The notes: generated by a model from the letters alone, not told the origin. A stretch of DNA of 62,565 nucleotides from Thermodesulfobacteriota bacterium (GCA_024762675.1 JANTGZ010000003.1:1-62565), one strand, 5' to 3'; counted from the stretch's first letter, positions 30,525 to 40,656 are shown. Translations and numbers: made by a program.

Positions 30525-30894
30525 ACCAGGTCAAAGCAGCCAGGGCGAGGGCCACCATGACCGCCGCCGAGGCAATATCTTTGGCCCGACCGGAGAGTTC
30601 ATGCTCTTCGCTGCCGATACGATCAACCACCGCCTCAACCGCCGAATTCAGCAACTCGGCCAACATGACAATCAGCCAGCTGCCAATCAATAGTACCTTT
30701 TCAACCCCGGTGTCACCCACCCACAAACCCAAAGGCACCACGAAAAACAGCATATAGACCTCCTGGCGAAAGGCCTGTTCATGCTGAAAAGCCGCCTGCA
30801 GACCTGCCAGTGAATAACCGGTCGCTCGCCAGAGGCGGGTAGCAGCCTTTTCCAGATCCTGCTTGAACTGTTCTCGATCCATCACAAAAGCCAC
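30508..30894 (-). CDS. dgkA: Diacylglycerol kinase
   Basis: YSLAGL.AAF.HE.AFRQE, ELLNSAVEAVVD, SGRAKDIASAAV. Overlaps the kinase 3' end by 17 nt (convergent). Confidence 0.93.
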   Translation of the reverse strand: MAFVMDREQFKQDLEKAATRLWRATGYSLAGLQAAFQHEQAFRQEVYMLFFVVPLGLWVGDTGVEKVLLIGSWLIVMLAELLNSAVEAVVDRIGSEEHELSGRAKDIASAAVMVALALAALTWFMLVF

Positions 30895-30896
30895 CT

Positions 30897-31559
30897 CTAT
30901 AATGTAAAATTATCGATTTGGCCGCGATGGGCGATAACCATTAAAACATCACCAACCGATAGTATCTGGTTTGAATCCGGGATGAAACGAAGTTCCCCAG
31001 CAACCCCAAAACGCACTGCAATAACCTGAATTTTATAGCGATTGGTCAAATCAAGCTGGCGCAATGTTTGACCGGCACTTTGCTCGATCGCAACCTCATG
31101 AATAACCAAATCATGGTCAAAAGGTAGATAATCTATAAAACCTGAATGGGAAAGTCGATCAGCTAGCTGCCTGGCGGCCAAATCCTCCGGGATAACCACC
31201 CGGTCTACACCAATCTTTTTCAACAATTTTCGATGGTCTGAATTACTGGCTTTGACCCAGACATTGGCGACCTTGAGCTCCTTGAGATACATTGAGATCA
31301 TGGCACTGGCGGAAATCGAATCACCGACAGTAACCATAACATATTCAAGTTCAGCCATCCCAACCTGCTCTAAAACCTCTTTTTCCCGGGCATCAGCCTG
31401 AAAAACCTGGGTCAAACATGCCTGAGCCTGCTTGATGTGAGCAGGATCTATATCGAGACCTAAAACATCATGCCCAAGCTCAACCAGGTGCATGGCAAAA
31501 CGTAACCCGAATTTGCCCAACCCGATAACCCCAACCTGCAGTCTCTCCTTCGCCATCAC
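30897..31559 (-). CDS. trkA: TrkA/KtrA potassium uptake regulatory subunit
   Basis: RCK_N motif VIGLGKFG and C-terminal RCK_C; adjacent to trkH. Confidence 0.88.
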   Translation of the reverse strand: MMAKERLQVGVIGLGKFGLRFAMHLVELGHDVLGLDIDPAHIKQAQACLTQVFQADAREKEVLEQVGMAELEYVMVTVGDSISASAMISMYLKELKVANVWVKASNSDHRKLLKKIGVDRVVIPEDLAARQLADRLSHSGFIDYLPFDHDLVIHEVAIEQSAGQTLRQLDLTNRYKIQVIAVRFGVAGELRFIPDSNQILSVGDVLMVIAHRGQIDNFTL

Positions 31560-31578
31560 TTACCCCTTTTTAAAAACA

Positions 31579-32967
31579 TCAGCCAATCAACAAACGCTCT
31601 TCCGGCCACTGAAAAAGCTCTTTCTGCCGATAACTCTGGACCGCGGCAATAATAATAATCGGGCCGAGTCTTCCGGTAAACATCAACAATATTATAATGA
31701 TTTTACCGAGCGCACTAAGTTTTGCCGTCAAACCCAGACTTAGACCAACCGTGGCAAAAGCGGAAACCGTCTCAAAAAGAATTTTCAACTCCAGGTCACG
31801 GCTTTGCGGATGCGGAACCAACCCTCCTTCCGTAATATTGAGCAGAAAAGCCGCCGAGAGGATGATAACCACCGAGAAAAAAAGCAGCACCAGAGCCTCA
31901 TGCAGAACTCTTTTTTCAACCGCAAAACGACCGATTACAGCCTGCGATCGACCTTTGATCTGGGCCATTAAAAAAGCCGCCAAAACCCTGAAAGTACCAA
32001 CTTTAAGACCGCCGGCACAAGACCCCGACCCGCCACCAATAAACATCAGAATAATCATAAGGTAGAGCGATACATTTGTCATTATATTAAGGTTAATGGT
32101 ATTAAACCCGGCCGTACGACAGGTTACCGACTGAAAAAGACCGGCTAACATGGTGACGGCTCGGCCAGTACCTGGCTGAGAGGCGCAATATTCAAAGAAA
32201 GAGATCCCAATACCACCTGCGATAATCAGAAAAAAAGTCGTAAAAATAACAATCTTACCATACCAACTCAGACAATATTGACTAGGGTTTGCTACCCCCT
32301 TAAAAAACCCTGAACCCCAGCGTTTAAAAAGAGCCACGATACAGCCATTAAGCTCAACCACAACCGCAAACCCGATTCCGCCGGTAATAATCAACAACAT
32401 CACCACCAGATTAACGCCCCAGTCGGCATGCCAATGTGACAAACTGTCCCGATAAAGCGAAAAACCGGCATTACAAAAAGCTGAGACCGAGTGAAAAAGA
32501 GCACTGAAAAAGGTAAAATCCCGGGGTGCGGCCGCATACAACAAGAAAGTTCCAATAATCTCTATAATCAAGGTCCAAAGCACAATTTTCACCAGGAGTT
32601 TGGCAAAAGGCTGACTCTGCTTATGTTGCAGCCCCTGACCCACAACAAAGCGATCATTCAAAGCGATTCGTTGCTTGATCAGGTAGTAGATAAGTGCGGT
32701 ATAGGTCATAATCCCGATACCGCCCAGCTGAATCAAGAGCAAAATAACACTTTGCCCAAACAGAGAGTAGGTGGTGCCGGTATCAAGGGTTGCCAAACCG
32801 GTCACACAAACGGCTGAGGTAGCGGTAAAAAGCGCATCAAGCCAGGAGATTGCGGCGCCCTCCAGGGCAAATCGGCTATGGAGCAAAAAAGTACCGAAAG
32901 TAATCGTCCCGGCAAAAAGGATGATCGGCAGGGTGATTGGAGTTATTCTTTGATTGATTCTTCGCAT
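31579..32967 (-). CDS. trkH: TrkH/KtrB potassium uptake permease
   Basis: Pore motifs SAVCVTGL, SAFCNAGF, CRTAGF, SAFATVGLS. Confidence 0.92.
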   Translation of the reverse strand: MRRINQRITPITLPIILFAGTITFGTFLLHSRFALEGAAISWLDALFTATSAVCVTGLATLDTGTTYSLFGQSVILLLIQLGGIGIMTYTALIYYLIKQRIALNDRFVVGQGLQHKQSQPFAKLLVKIVLWTLIIEIIGTFLLYAAAPRDFTFFSALFHSVSAFCNAGFSLYRDSLSHWHADWGVNLVVMLLIITGGIGFAVVVELNGCIVALFKRWGSGFFKGVANPSQYCLSWYGKIVIFTTFFLIIAGGIGISFFEYCASQPGTGRAVTMLAGLFQSVTCRTAGFNTINLNIMTNVSLYLMIILMFIGGGSGSCAGGLKVGTFRVLAAFLMAQIKGRSQAVIGRFAVEKRVLHEALVLLFFSVVIILSAAFLLNITEGGLVPHPQSRDLELKILFETVSAFATVGLSLGLTAKLSALGKIIIILLMFTGRLGPIIIIAAVQSYRQKELFQWPEERLLIG

Positions 32968-33245
32968 AAAGATAATTCTCAGGTAGGTTTAGACAAAGCA
33001 CCATAATCTTATTTTTTGATATTGTCAAAATGGTTCTCTAACCATGCAAAGACAGAATTTAGAATAGAACCAGCATTTTAATTGACTTTAAATAATGCAG
33101 AGAGAAGTAGGCTTCGCCCGCCGCCTGTTTACGTTATTAAGGGAAATAAAAAGCACGCTTTTTTACTGTCAAAAAAATGGTTTTCGTATATATTCTAAGT
33201 TTGTTCGTAAAGTTTGCAACCAACATCTTTAAAGGTTTTAAAAAA

Positions 33246-35609
33246 ATGGCCAGACACTCGTTGAAAAAATATTTTTACAGCTCAATATTGCTGATCTCAC
33301 TGGTTTTTGTTCTCGCGCTGGATTGCGTTGCACAACTCCCCCCTGAAGTCAACACCCCACTCGAAAATAGCTTGTATCAGGGCAGCACCGAAGAGATCAC
33401 CGCTTTCATCACACAACGACAGGAACAGATCTCTAATATCATTATTAACATAGACAAAAATGTCGTCATTGAAACCGACAAAAACATCGAAAACAGTGCC
33501 ACCGCGGTCAAAGATCTTTTCCTGGGACTCTCTCTACAATACAAAAGCCTGCTGAAAGAGCTTTCCCGAACAACCGCTACCGGACTGAACAAACCCTCGG
33601 TCTCGGGACCACCCTACGATATCGAAGGTTTTGACAAAATCATCTCTTTCCAGCGCCAGACCAGCCTGCAGTTGGCTGACAGCAGCAAAAAGTTCTCCCT
33701 TCTGCAAAGCCGCCTAACAAGCCTTAAAGAGAGCGCCATCGGCCAGCTCTCCGAATATGCCAAGCTCTTGAAAACCGATTTTGGAAAGCACCTCATACTC
33801 TACGAGAAATACGGCAAACTCCTAACTCTACAGGGTGAGTATGCGCTTTTACAGATCAAAAAACCAAAGCTCGAAGTACAGCTCGCAAACCTTCATGAAA
33901 ACAAAAAATTTGCCGCGGCATGGGTCAAGGAGGCCTTTGCTGAACTTAAGATAACCCCAGAAGATATAAAAAAGGCTCAAAAATTAAGGGCTGAGCGCCA
34001 AACCCTTTTCAAGGAAGCTACCGACGCAACCAGCGCCGAATATCAGGACCTTAATCGCCGAGTTCTAATCTACGAGGCCCAACTCAACGAAGCCCTGTCA
34101 AAACTTGAAGCAAGCGCTGCCGAAAACACCCCTGAACGAGAGGAAGCGACTATAGAGAAGGAACGCATTGAATTGATCCTGGACGCCCTCAAACTACGCA
34201 TCCACCTAATCAACCAGAAACGCCTTAATTGTGAAATCAAGACCTTAAAAAGCAATTTCCGTTTGCAGTGGCTGAACAATTATGAACTTGAAGGTGAAAA
34301 AAACCGCCTCAGCGACTTTATCAAAAAGTGGAGTCAGGAGACTGATAAGCTGACCCGAAAACAGGAGGCCACCACCACTTCAATATCGGAGGTGACCCTG
34401 GCTCGGGCTACCCTGACCCAGAAGCTGGTAAACATTCTTAATAAAAAAACCGCTGCCGAAACCAGCCAACTCCGGAAAACCCTCGATTCCCTCGCCCGCC
34501 AGGCTGACAAAGTCAATGAAAACATTGACAAACTTATCATGGCTTTGTCAGAAAATGACCAGGCCTTAAAAAATGCAAAGAGGGAGATTGAGCAGATTCT
34601 CGACCTGACCCGTTTCACCATCAGTCTCAGCGAAAGAATTCGGACCTGGAGCGCCCTGAACCTTGCCGGTTTACATGACCACGCCCTGAACATCCTCTAT
34701 TATCCACTCTTTTCGATCGGCACGTCAACCGTAAATCTGCTGATTATCCTTAAAGTCTTTTTCCTGCTTTTTTTAGGAATCTTTTTCTTGCGTCTGCTAC
34801 GCCACAAGATTGCTGTCCTGCTTGAAAAAAAGGTCGGCATGTCGCGCGGAGCCATCAATTCGATTACTACTCTGGGCTACTACGCCAGCCTGATCATCGG
34901 CGTCCTGATCATCCTCTCCACTGCCGGCCTTGATCTGAGCCAGCTCAGTATTATTCTTGGAGCTCTCGGCGTCGGTATCGGTTTCGGACTCCAGACCATC
35001 ACCAACAATTTCATCAGCGGCATTATTCTGCTGACTGAACAGACCGTAAAAGTGGGCGATCTTGTCAATCTCGAGTCTGGCCTGGTAGGCGAAGTAAAAA
35101 AATTGGCCATCCGGGCTACGGTCGTCCGCACAGCCGAAGGCGAGGATATCATCGTCCCCAATTCCGAATTTATCTCAGGCCGAGTCAACACCTGGACCTA
35201 TGGCGACGACTGGCGACGACTCGATATCCCCTTTGGGGTCTCTTATGACTCCGACCCCGACGAGATCGTCCAGTTAGCCGAAGCCGCAGCCCGGGAGGTC
35301 GCTATTACCCGCGAAGACTTTATGCACCCCTTACGTATATTCTTTGAAGGTTTTGGCGACAACAGCCTCGATTTTTCAATCCGCGTCTGGTGTCGCATGA
35401 CCAACCTCAAGGCCCCTTCCGGCCTCAAAAGTGACTATTACTTTGCCCTTTTTCGAAAATTTAAAGATGCGGGCGTCACCATTCCCTTCCCCCAACGGGA
35501 CCTGCACCTGCAGTCGGCTTCTCCCGAATTGGCGGAAAAGCTGCACGCCCTGGTTGCCCCAGAAAAACAAACTCCAGGCGACAGGATTGGTAATGAACTC
35601 TCAAAGTGA
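33246..35609 (+). CDS. Mechanosensitive channel of the MscS family with a long periplasmic coiled coil (MscK-like)
   Basis: GALGVGIGFGLQ..NNFISGIILL, IIVPNSEFI, FGDNSLDF, IPFPQRDLH. ATG 33246 gives a signal-like N-terminus. Confidence 0.9.
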   Translation: MARHSLKKYFYSSILLISLVFVLALDCVAQLPPEVNTPLENSLYQGSTEEITAFITQRQEQISNIIINIDKNVVIETDKNIENSATAVKDLFLGLSLQYKSLLKELSRTTATGLNKPSVSGPPYDIEGFDKIISFQRQTSLQLADSSKKFSLLQSRLTSLKESAIGQLSEYAKLLKTDFGKHLILYEKYGKLLTLQGEYALLQIKKPKLEVQLANLHENKKFAAAWVKEAFAELKITPEDIKKAQKLRAERQTLFKEATDATSAEYQDLNRRVLIYEAQLNEALSKLEASAAENTPEREEATIEKERIELILDALKLRIHLINQKRLNCEIKTLKSNFRLQWLNNYELEGEKNRLSDFIKKWSQETDKLTRKQEATTTSISEVTLARATLTQKLVNILNKKTAAETSQLRKTLDSLARQADKVNENIDKLIMALSENDQALKNAKREIEQILDLTRFTISLSERIRTWSALNLAGLHDHALNILYYPLFSIGTSTVNLLIILKVFFLLFLGIFFLRLLRHKIAVLLEKKVGMSRGAINSITTLGYYASLIIGVLIILSTAGLDLSQLSIILGALGVGIGFGLQTITNNFISGIILLTEQTVKVGDLVNLESGLVGEVKKLAIRATVVRTAEGEDIIVPNSEFISGRVNTWTYGDDWRRLDIPFGVSYDSDPDEIVQLAEAAAREVAITREDFMHPLRIFFEGFGDNSLDFSIRVWCRMTNLKAPSGLKSDYYFALFRKFKDAGVTIPFPQRDLHLQSASPELAEKLHALVAPEKQTPGDRIGNELSK

Positions 35610-37854
35610 CAACCTCCAGCCCCAGACAGACACTCCAACTCCGGTAAACAGTGAGAAAAAACCGAATCTGGGGGCCTTTGTCGGCGTCTTCACGCCGACC
35701 ATCCTGACCATCCTCGGAGTCATCATGTACCTGCGTTTTGGCTGGGTTGTCGGGCAGATGGGCCTCTATAAAACTTTGCTGATCGTGATTATCGCCAGCA
35801 GCATCACCTTGGTCACCTCGTTCTCCCTCTCCGCCATCGCCACTAACAGCCGAGTCGGGGTCGGCGGCGCCTATTTTATGATCTCGCGTAGTTTAGGGTT
35901 AGATTTCGGCGGTGCCATCGGCCTGCCACTCTTTCTTTCCCAGGCCCTCTCGGTCACCCTCTACGCTTTTGGCCTGGCCGAATCTTTACGCTTTGTCTGG
36001 CCCGCAACCCCTCTGCTGCCAACGACCTTCGTCATCATTCTTGCAGTTGCAGCCCTGGCCTGGCGCGGGGCTGATATAGCTTTAAAAGCCCAGCTCCCGA
36101 TCATGGTTATGATCGGCCTCTCTCTTCTGGCTCTAACCGGCGGAGCACTCAGCCACGGCAATAGTGCCAACATTGCCAATCAACTGGCCCCGGAATACGG
36201 TTTCTGGGTGGTTTTTGCCGTGTTTTTCCCGGCTGTTACCGGCATCATGGCAGGCTTAAGCCTCTCCGGCGATCTCAAAGATCCCAAAACTGCGATTTCA
36301 CGCGGCACCCTCGGGGCAATCCTCTGCGGCGTAGTCATCTATCTTATCGTGCCCATACTCCTGGCCTACTCAGGTTCACCAGCAGAACTAAAAGCCGATC
36401 CCATGTTCTGGACCAAGGTCTCTTTCCTAGGCCCCTGGCTTATCCTGCCGGGTCTCTGGGGCGCAATTTTCTCATCCGCAGTCGGCTCTATGCTGGGTGC
36501 ACCCCGAACCCTGCAGGCCCTGGCCCGCGACCATCTGGCCCCAACCTTGTTCGATAAAGTCGACCCTGACAGCGGAGAACCGCTTTGGGGAATTGCTTTG
36601 ACCTTAGGCATCGCCTTAACCGCTGTTTTTCTCGGAGGTCTCAACAGTGTCGCCCAGGTCGTAACGATGTTCTTTTTAACCGTTTACGGCACCACCAATC
36701 TCGTCGCCACCCTGGAAAAAGTCTCCCGCAACCCCGCCTGGCGGCCGACTATCGATATCCCCTGGCATTTAAGTCTCGCAGGCGCCTTCAGCTGTTTTGC
36801 GGTCATGGCTCTGATAAATGCCACGGCAAGCCTTGTGGCTATCACCGTAGAGGTGGCCATCTGGTTATACCTTAAACATAAAATCAACCGTGAAACCTGG
36901 GGAGATGTCTGGCGTGATGTCTATGTCGCCCTGATTCGATGGGCTCTGGTAAAGCTTGTTCAAAGACCCATGACGGCACGCAACTGGCGCCCCCATCTTC
37001 TGGTTTTTGTCAGCGACATCAACAAACGTCTGGATCTGGTCCGTTTCGGTACCTGGTTTACCGAAAATCGCGGGATCGTGACTGCCTGCGAACTGATTGT
37101 CGGCGATGTTCTTGATGTCGAGATTGATACTGAAGCCCGACAAGAGCAGATCCGCCTGATTTTGCAGGATGCTGACATCTCAGCCTTCTCCGAAGTCAAT
37201 GTCGTTCACGATATCGAACGAGGGGTCATTGCCGTAACCCAGGCCAGCGGCATCGCCGGCATCCCGAACAATACCATCCTCCTCGGCATGCCCGACGACC
37301 TGCAACGCCTGACTGCTTTTTTGAAACTTATCCAACGCCTTGAGATCATCAACCGCTCTATGATTATCGGCAGCCTGGTGCCGCGTCTACCGGGCTGGGA
37401 AAAGAGCCGTAAAAACATCCATATCTGGTGGGGCGGCCTGCAGCGTAATGGGGATCTGATGCTGCTCTTAGCTTACCTTCTGAGCCAAAATCCCGAATGG
37501 CATGATACCACCATCCGGGTCTTAAGCATCGCCTCCAATAAACTGATGCACGATAAGACCGAGAAGATACTCAACCACCTGATACCTGAAATCCGAATTA
37601 AAGCCGAGATCGAGATTATGATTCGTGATGATGAGTTCAGCATAAAAGAGTTGATGATGTTAAAAAGCAGCGAAGCCGATATTGTCTTTCTCGGCCTGGC
37701 AACGCCGGAGGAGGGGGAGGAAGAGGAACACGCCAAACGCCTGTTGGCTATGGCCGAGGGTCTGCCAACCTGTTTTTTCGTCCACAACGGCAGTCTCTTT
37801 ATTGGTGATCTGCTATCCTCGGAAAACGAATCACAGGCAACAAAAAAAATCTGA
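35593..37854 (+). CDS. Cation-chloride cotransporter (SLC12/CCC-like APC permease)
   Basis: GVFTPTILTILGVIMYLRFGWVVG, GGAYFMISRSLG, FAVFFPAVTGIMAG...SGDLKDP, NWRPHLLV, IHIWWGG. ATG 35593 overlaps the mscS stop. Confidence 0.88.
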   Translation: MNSQSDNLQPQTDTPTPVNSEKKPNLGAFVGVFTPTILTILGVIMYLRFGWVVGQMGLYKTLLIVIIASSITLVTSFSLSAIATNSRVGVGGAYFMISRSLGLDFGGAIGLPLFLSQALSVTLYAFGLAESLRFVWPATPLLPTTFVIILAVAALAWRGADIALKAQLPIMVMIGLSLLALTGGALSHGNSANIANQLAPEYGFWVVFAVFFPAVTGIMAGLSLSGDLKDPKTAISRGTLGAILCGVVIYLIVPILLAYSGSPAELKADPMFWTKVSFLGPWLILPGLWGAIFSSAVGSMLGAPRTLQALARDHLAPTLFDKVDPDSGEPLWGIALTLGIALTAVFLGGLNSVAQVVTMFFLTVYGTTNLVATLEKVSRNPAWRPTIDIPWHLSLAGAFSCFAVMALINATASLVAITVEVAIWLYLKHKINRETWGDVWRDVYVALIRWALVKLVQRPMTARNWRPHLLVFVSDINKRLDLVRFGTWFTENRGIVTACELIVGDVLDVEIDTEARQEQIRLILQDADISAFSEVNVVHDIERGVIAVTQASGIAGIPNNTILLGMPDDLQRLTAFLKLIQRLEIINRSMIIGSLVPRLPGWEKSRKNIHIWWGGLQRNGDLMLLLAYLLSQNPEWHDTTIRVLSIASNKLMHDKTEKILNHLIPEIRIKAEIEIMIRDDEFSIKELMMLKSSEADIVFLGLATPEEGEEEEHAKRLLAMAEGLPTCFFVHNGSLFIGDLLSSENESQATKKI

Positions 37855-37923
37855 CTGTTGCAGTCTGGTGAATTTTAATGTAAATGGAGACTGCCGAAAG
37901 CAAACCATCTGAAATTCACATAA

Positions 37924-38712
37924 ATGTCGCAGCAGATAAAAATAACCACAAACCACCTGCCTCCTCCCTGGTCGGAACTCTCATACACAGAGATCATGGC
38001 CCGCCCTAACGGTCAGCTGATAAATGGTGGCCGGTCATCCTGGGTCTATCGCTTTGTTGACGGGGAGAACATCTGTTTTCTCAAACGCTATACCTATCAG
38101 AAAATTCACTGGCGCTACTGCTGGCAGAAATCGCAGGTTCGACGTGAATTTGAAAACCTGGAGAAGATCAAGCGGGCTCAACTAGGATGCAAGACGATCG
38201 AAATTCTAGCTTATGGGGAGCAGCGTCGATGCCGCATCCTGACCGATGCCTTCCTCTTGAGTCGTGAGGTGGCTGACAATGAACGACTCTCACTCTTTCT
38301 TTGTTCAAACAGAGATCATCCGCAACGACAGTTGGTAGTCAAGAACGTAATCCAACTTGGACAAAAGATTATCGAGAGTGATCTGGCGATCACCGACCTC
38401 TTTTTCCGGAATCTTGTCGTGGTTCCGAAAAATGCCGATCTCCATCTACTTGATGTTCAATATTGCGACCGCAACCGACAGCGGGCCGAGATAAAAACTT
38501 ACCCCCAACTCTGGTCCAACATCTTGCTTTTCTTTACCCTGGAAGAGCAGAACCAGGCGGCCAAGATGCTGACCCCTCATCTACCATACAACCTCGATGA
38601 ACTGAACAAAAGAGCTCAACAATTTATTTATAAAGAGAAAAAACGCAAAGCGGCTGAACTGGCCTTCATAGAAAATTATCAATTTTCATCAGACCTCAAG
38701 GAGTCAAACTAA
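37924..38712 (+). CDS. Lipopolysaccharide kinase-like protein (Kdo/WaaP/InaA family)
   Basis: FLKRY, RREFENL, AYGE.R, DLFFRNL, LLDVQ. Confidence 0.65.
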   Translation: MSQQIKITTNHLPPPWSELSYTEIMARPNGQLINGGRSSWVYRFVDGENICFLKRYTYQKIHWRYCWQKSQVRREFENLEKIKRAQLGCKTIEILAYGEQRRCRILTDAFLLSREVADNERLSLFLCSNRDHPQRQLVVKNVIQLGQKIIESDLAITDLFFRNLVVVPKNADLHLLDVQYCDRNRQRAEIKTYPQLWSNILLFFTLEEQNQAAKMLTPHLPYNLDELNKRAQQFIYKEKKRKAAELAFIENYQFSSDLKESN

Positions 38713-39282
38713 ATGGAAACCATCGAAAAAATCAACAACCTCTTTAACGATCCCGAACTCCGCGGCAAGCTGCTCACCTACCGCTGGCCCCTAGCGATTG
38801 CCGCACTGATCATTCTCATCCTCTTAATGGAACCGCAATACTTCTGGATTGGGTTACTGATCTCGCTGGCCGGTGAAGCCCTCCAAGTCTGGTGTTTTGC
38901 GTCCTTAAACAAGAAAAAAGAGCTCGCCGCCAATGGTCCCTACGTCGCCGTCAGAAACCCAATGTATATTGGCCGCTACTTTCTCATCCTGGGAGCGGTT
39001 GCGATTACGGGAAGTCTCTTCCTGATGATCCTTTTCAGTATTGTCTACTATTTTTATATGACCAACCGGGTGGAAAGAGAGGAAGTCGTTTTAGCGGAAA
39101 TTTTCGGCGACGCCTACCAGGAATACTGCAGCCAAACCAATCGTTTTTTTCCCGCCTGGCAGAAAATTGACAAAGAGGCTATCCGCTATTTCAGATGGGA
39201 TCTGTTTTTTAAGAACAATGCCCACTTGAACCTTATCGCCGTACTGGTCGGATACCTGATTGTCTATAGCTGGCTTTATTAA
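38713..39282 (+). CDS. ICMT/PEMT-family membrane methyltransferase
   Basis: LAANGPYVAVRNPMYIG and REE..L...FGDAYQEYC....RFFP. Confidence 0.85.
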   Translation: METIEKINNLFNDPELRGKLLTYRWPLAIAALIILILLMEPQYFWIGLLISLAGEALQVWCFASLNKKKELAANGPYVAVRNPMYIGRYFLILGAVAITGSLFLMILFSIVYYFYMTNRVEREEVVLAEIFGDAYQEYCSQTNRFFPAWQKIDKEAIRYFRWDLFFKNNAHLNLIAVLVGYLIVYSWLY

Positions 39283-39297
39283 GAGAGGAGTTCTCCG

Positions 39298-40656
39298 ATT
39301 AAGCGACGACTGGAGATATTCGCTAGGGCCCCGCGGCGGGCCCTTTTTCGTCTGGCCTGGCCGACCCTGATGGCGACCATGGTTCAGACCATGTACAATC
39401 TCGTCGACACCGCCTACATCGGGCGCCTCGGAACCGCACCGCTGGCGGCCCTGACTTTCTCCTTTCCTCTATTTTTCACGTTGGTCTCATTTAATATCGG
39501 TATGGGGGTGGGCCTCAACTCCACGGTTTCCCGTCTCCTCGGTGCCGGCGATGAAAGGGCGGCAGCCAACACAGCCATGCACGGAATTGCCTGCTCTCTA
39601 CTGTGCGCCATCCCGCTCTTTCTGATCGCCGAGATCTTTCTCGACCCTTTACTGACAATTCTCGGAGCCGAGATGGAAGTCCACAAACTGGCCGGCGACT
39701 ATATGCGGATAATCGCCGGTGGGATTTTCCTGATGTTTCCGATGTACGCCATCTCCAGCATCTTTACGGCCCAGGGCGATACCGTCACGCCAATGAAGAT
39801 CCAGTTTTTCACCCTATTTCTCAACTTAGGCCTTGACCCGCTTTTTATCTTCACGTTTAAAATGGGCATCAAGGGGGCCGCTATAGCCACAAATATCGCC
39901 CTGCTGGCTGGATTGATCCAGGCACTCTTCTACCTTAAACGCCGTTCCGCACTGAATCTTGGTCGCCGAACCTGGCATCTTTCCTTTGCCACCATCAGAG
40001 AGATCTTTGCCATCGGCCTGCCGGCCAGCCTGGCGATGCTCATGATGGCAATTTACATGATGGGCGTCAACCGACTGATTGCAGTATATGGCACCGATAC
40101 GGTTGCAGCATTAGGCCTGGTAACTCGGATAGATAGCGCCGTCATTATCCCGATGGTCGCTTTCTCAGTTGCCCTGTTGACCCTGAGTGCCCTTTTTTAC
40201 GGCGCCGGGCGGCTTCAACTACTGCGCGAGATTATCCAATTTGCCATCTTTGTTAATGTCAGCTTTGCCTTAAGTTGCTCTCTTTTGATGTTTATCTGGC
40301 CCCATTTTTTTATTCGTTTCTTTACCGATAAGGCCGAACCTCTACGCCTGGCGGCCACCTATCTGCGCCTTGAGATCTTAAGTTTTCCCTTTATGGCGAT
40401 TACGATTGCAGTCAACCGTACCCTTCAAGGGCTAGGTCTAAGTCTACCCAGCCTGGTAATTAACGGTACCCGCCTCTTTATCGTCGCCCTGCCGTTGGCC
40501 GCTATTTTCGTTATCTATTTCAAATACGACTTTCGCATGGTTGCCATCGCCGCCCTCTGCGGAAACCTGACTTCAGCCACCATTGCCGGCCTCTGGCTAA
40601 AAAGAACGCTAACTCGAATCGAAAATACTCGACCACTGCAAAGACCGCTCTCCTGA
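39298..40656 (+). CDS. MATE-family efflux transporter (probable ATT start)
   Basis: LFRLAWP..., YNLVDTAYIGRLG, GDTVTPM, NLGLDPLFIF. GAGGAG ends 7 nt before an in-frame ATT at 39298; first ATG is 39370. Confidence 0.88.
   Translation: MKRRLEIFARAPRRALFRLAWPTLMATMVQTMYNLVDTAYIGRLGTAPLAALTFSFPLFFTLVSFNIGMGVGLNSTVSRLLGAGDERAAANTAMHGIACSLLCAIPLFLIAEIFLDPLLTILGAEMEVHKLAGDYMRIIAGGIFLMFPMYAISSIFTAQGDTVTPMKIQFFTLFLNLGLDPLFIFTFKMGIKGAAIATNIALLAGLIQALFYLKRRSALNLGRRTWHLSFATIREIFAIGLPASLAMLMMAIYMMGVNRLIAVYGTDTVAALGLVTRIDSAVIIPMVAFSVALLTLSALFYGAGRLQLLREIIQFAIFVNVSFALSCSLLMFIWPHFFIRFFTDKAEPLRLAATYLRLEILSFPFMAITIAVNRTLQGLGLSLPSLVINGTRLFIVALPLAAIFVIYFKYDFRMVAIAALCGNLTSATIAGLWLKRTLTRIENTRPLQRPLS

Noticed and set aside
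35431-35592. 54-aa N-terminal extension of the CCC permease in the ORF track
   Set aside because: It lies inside the conserved MscS C-terminus; ATG 35593 is the more plausible start.
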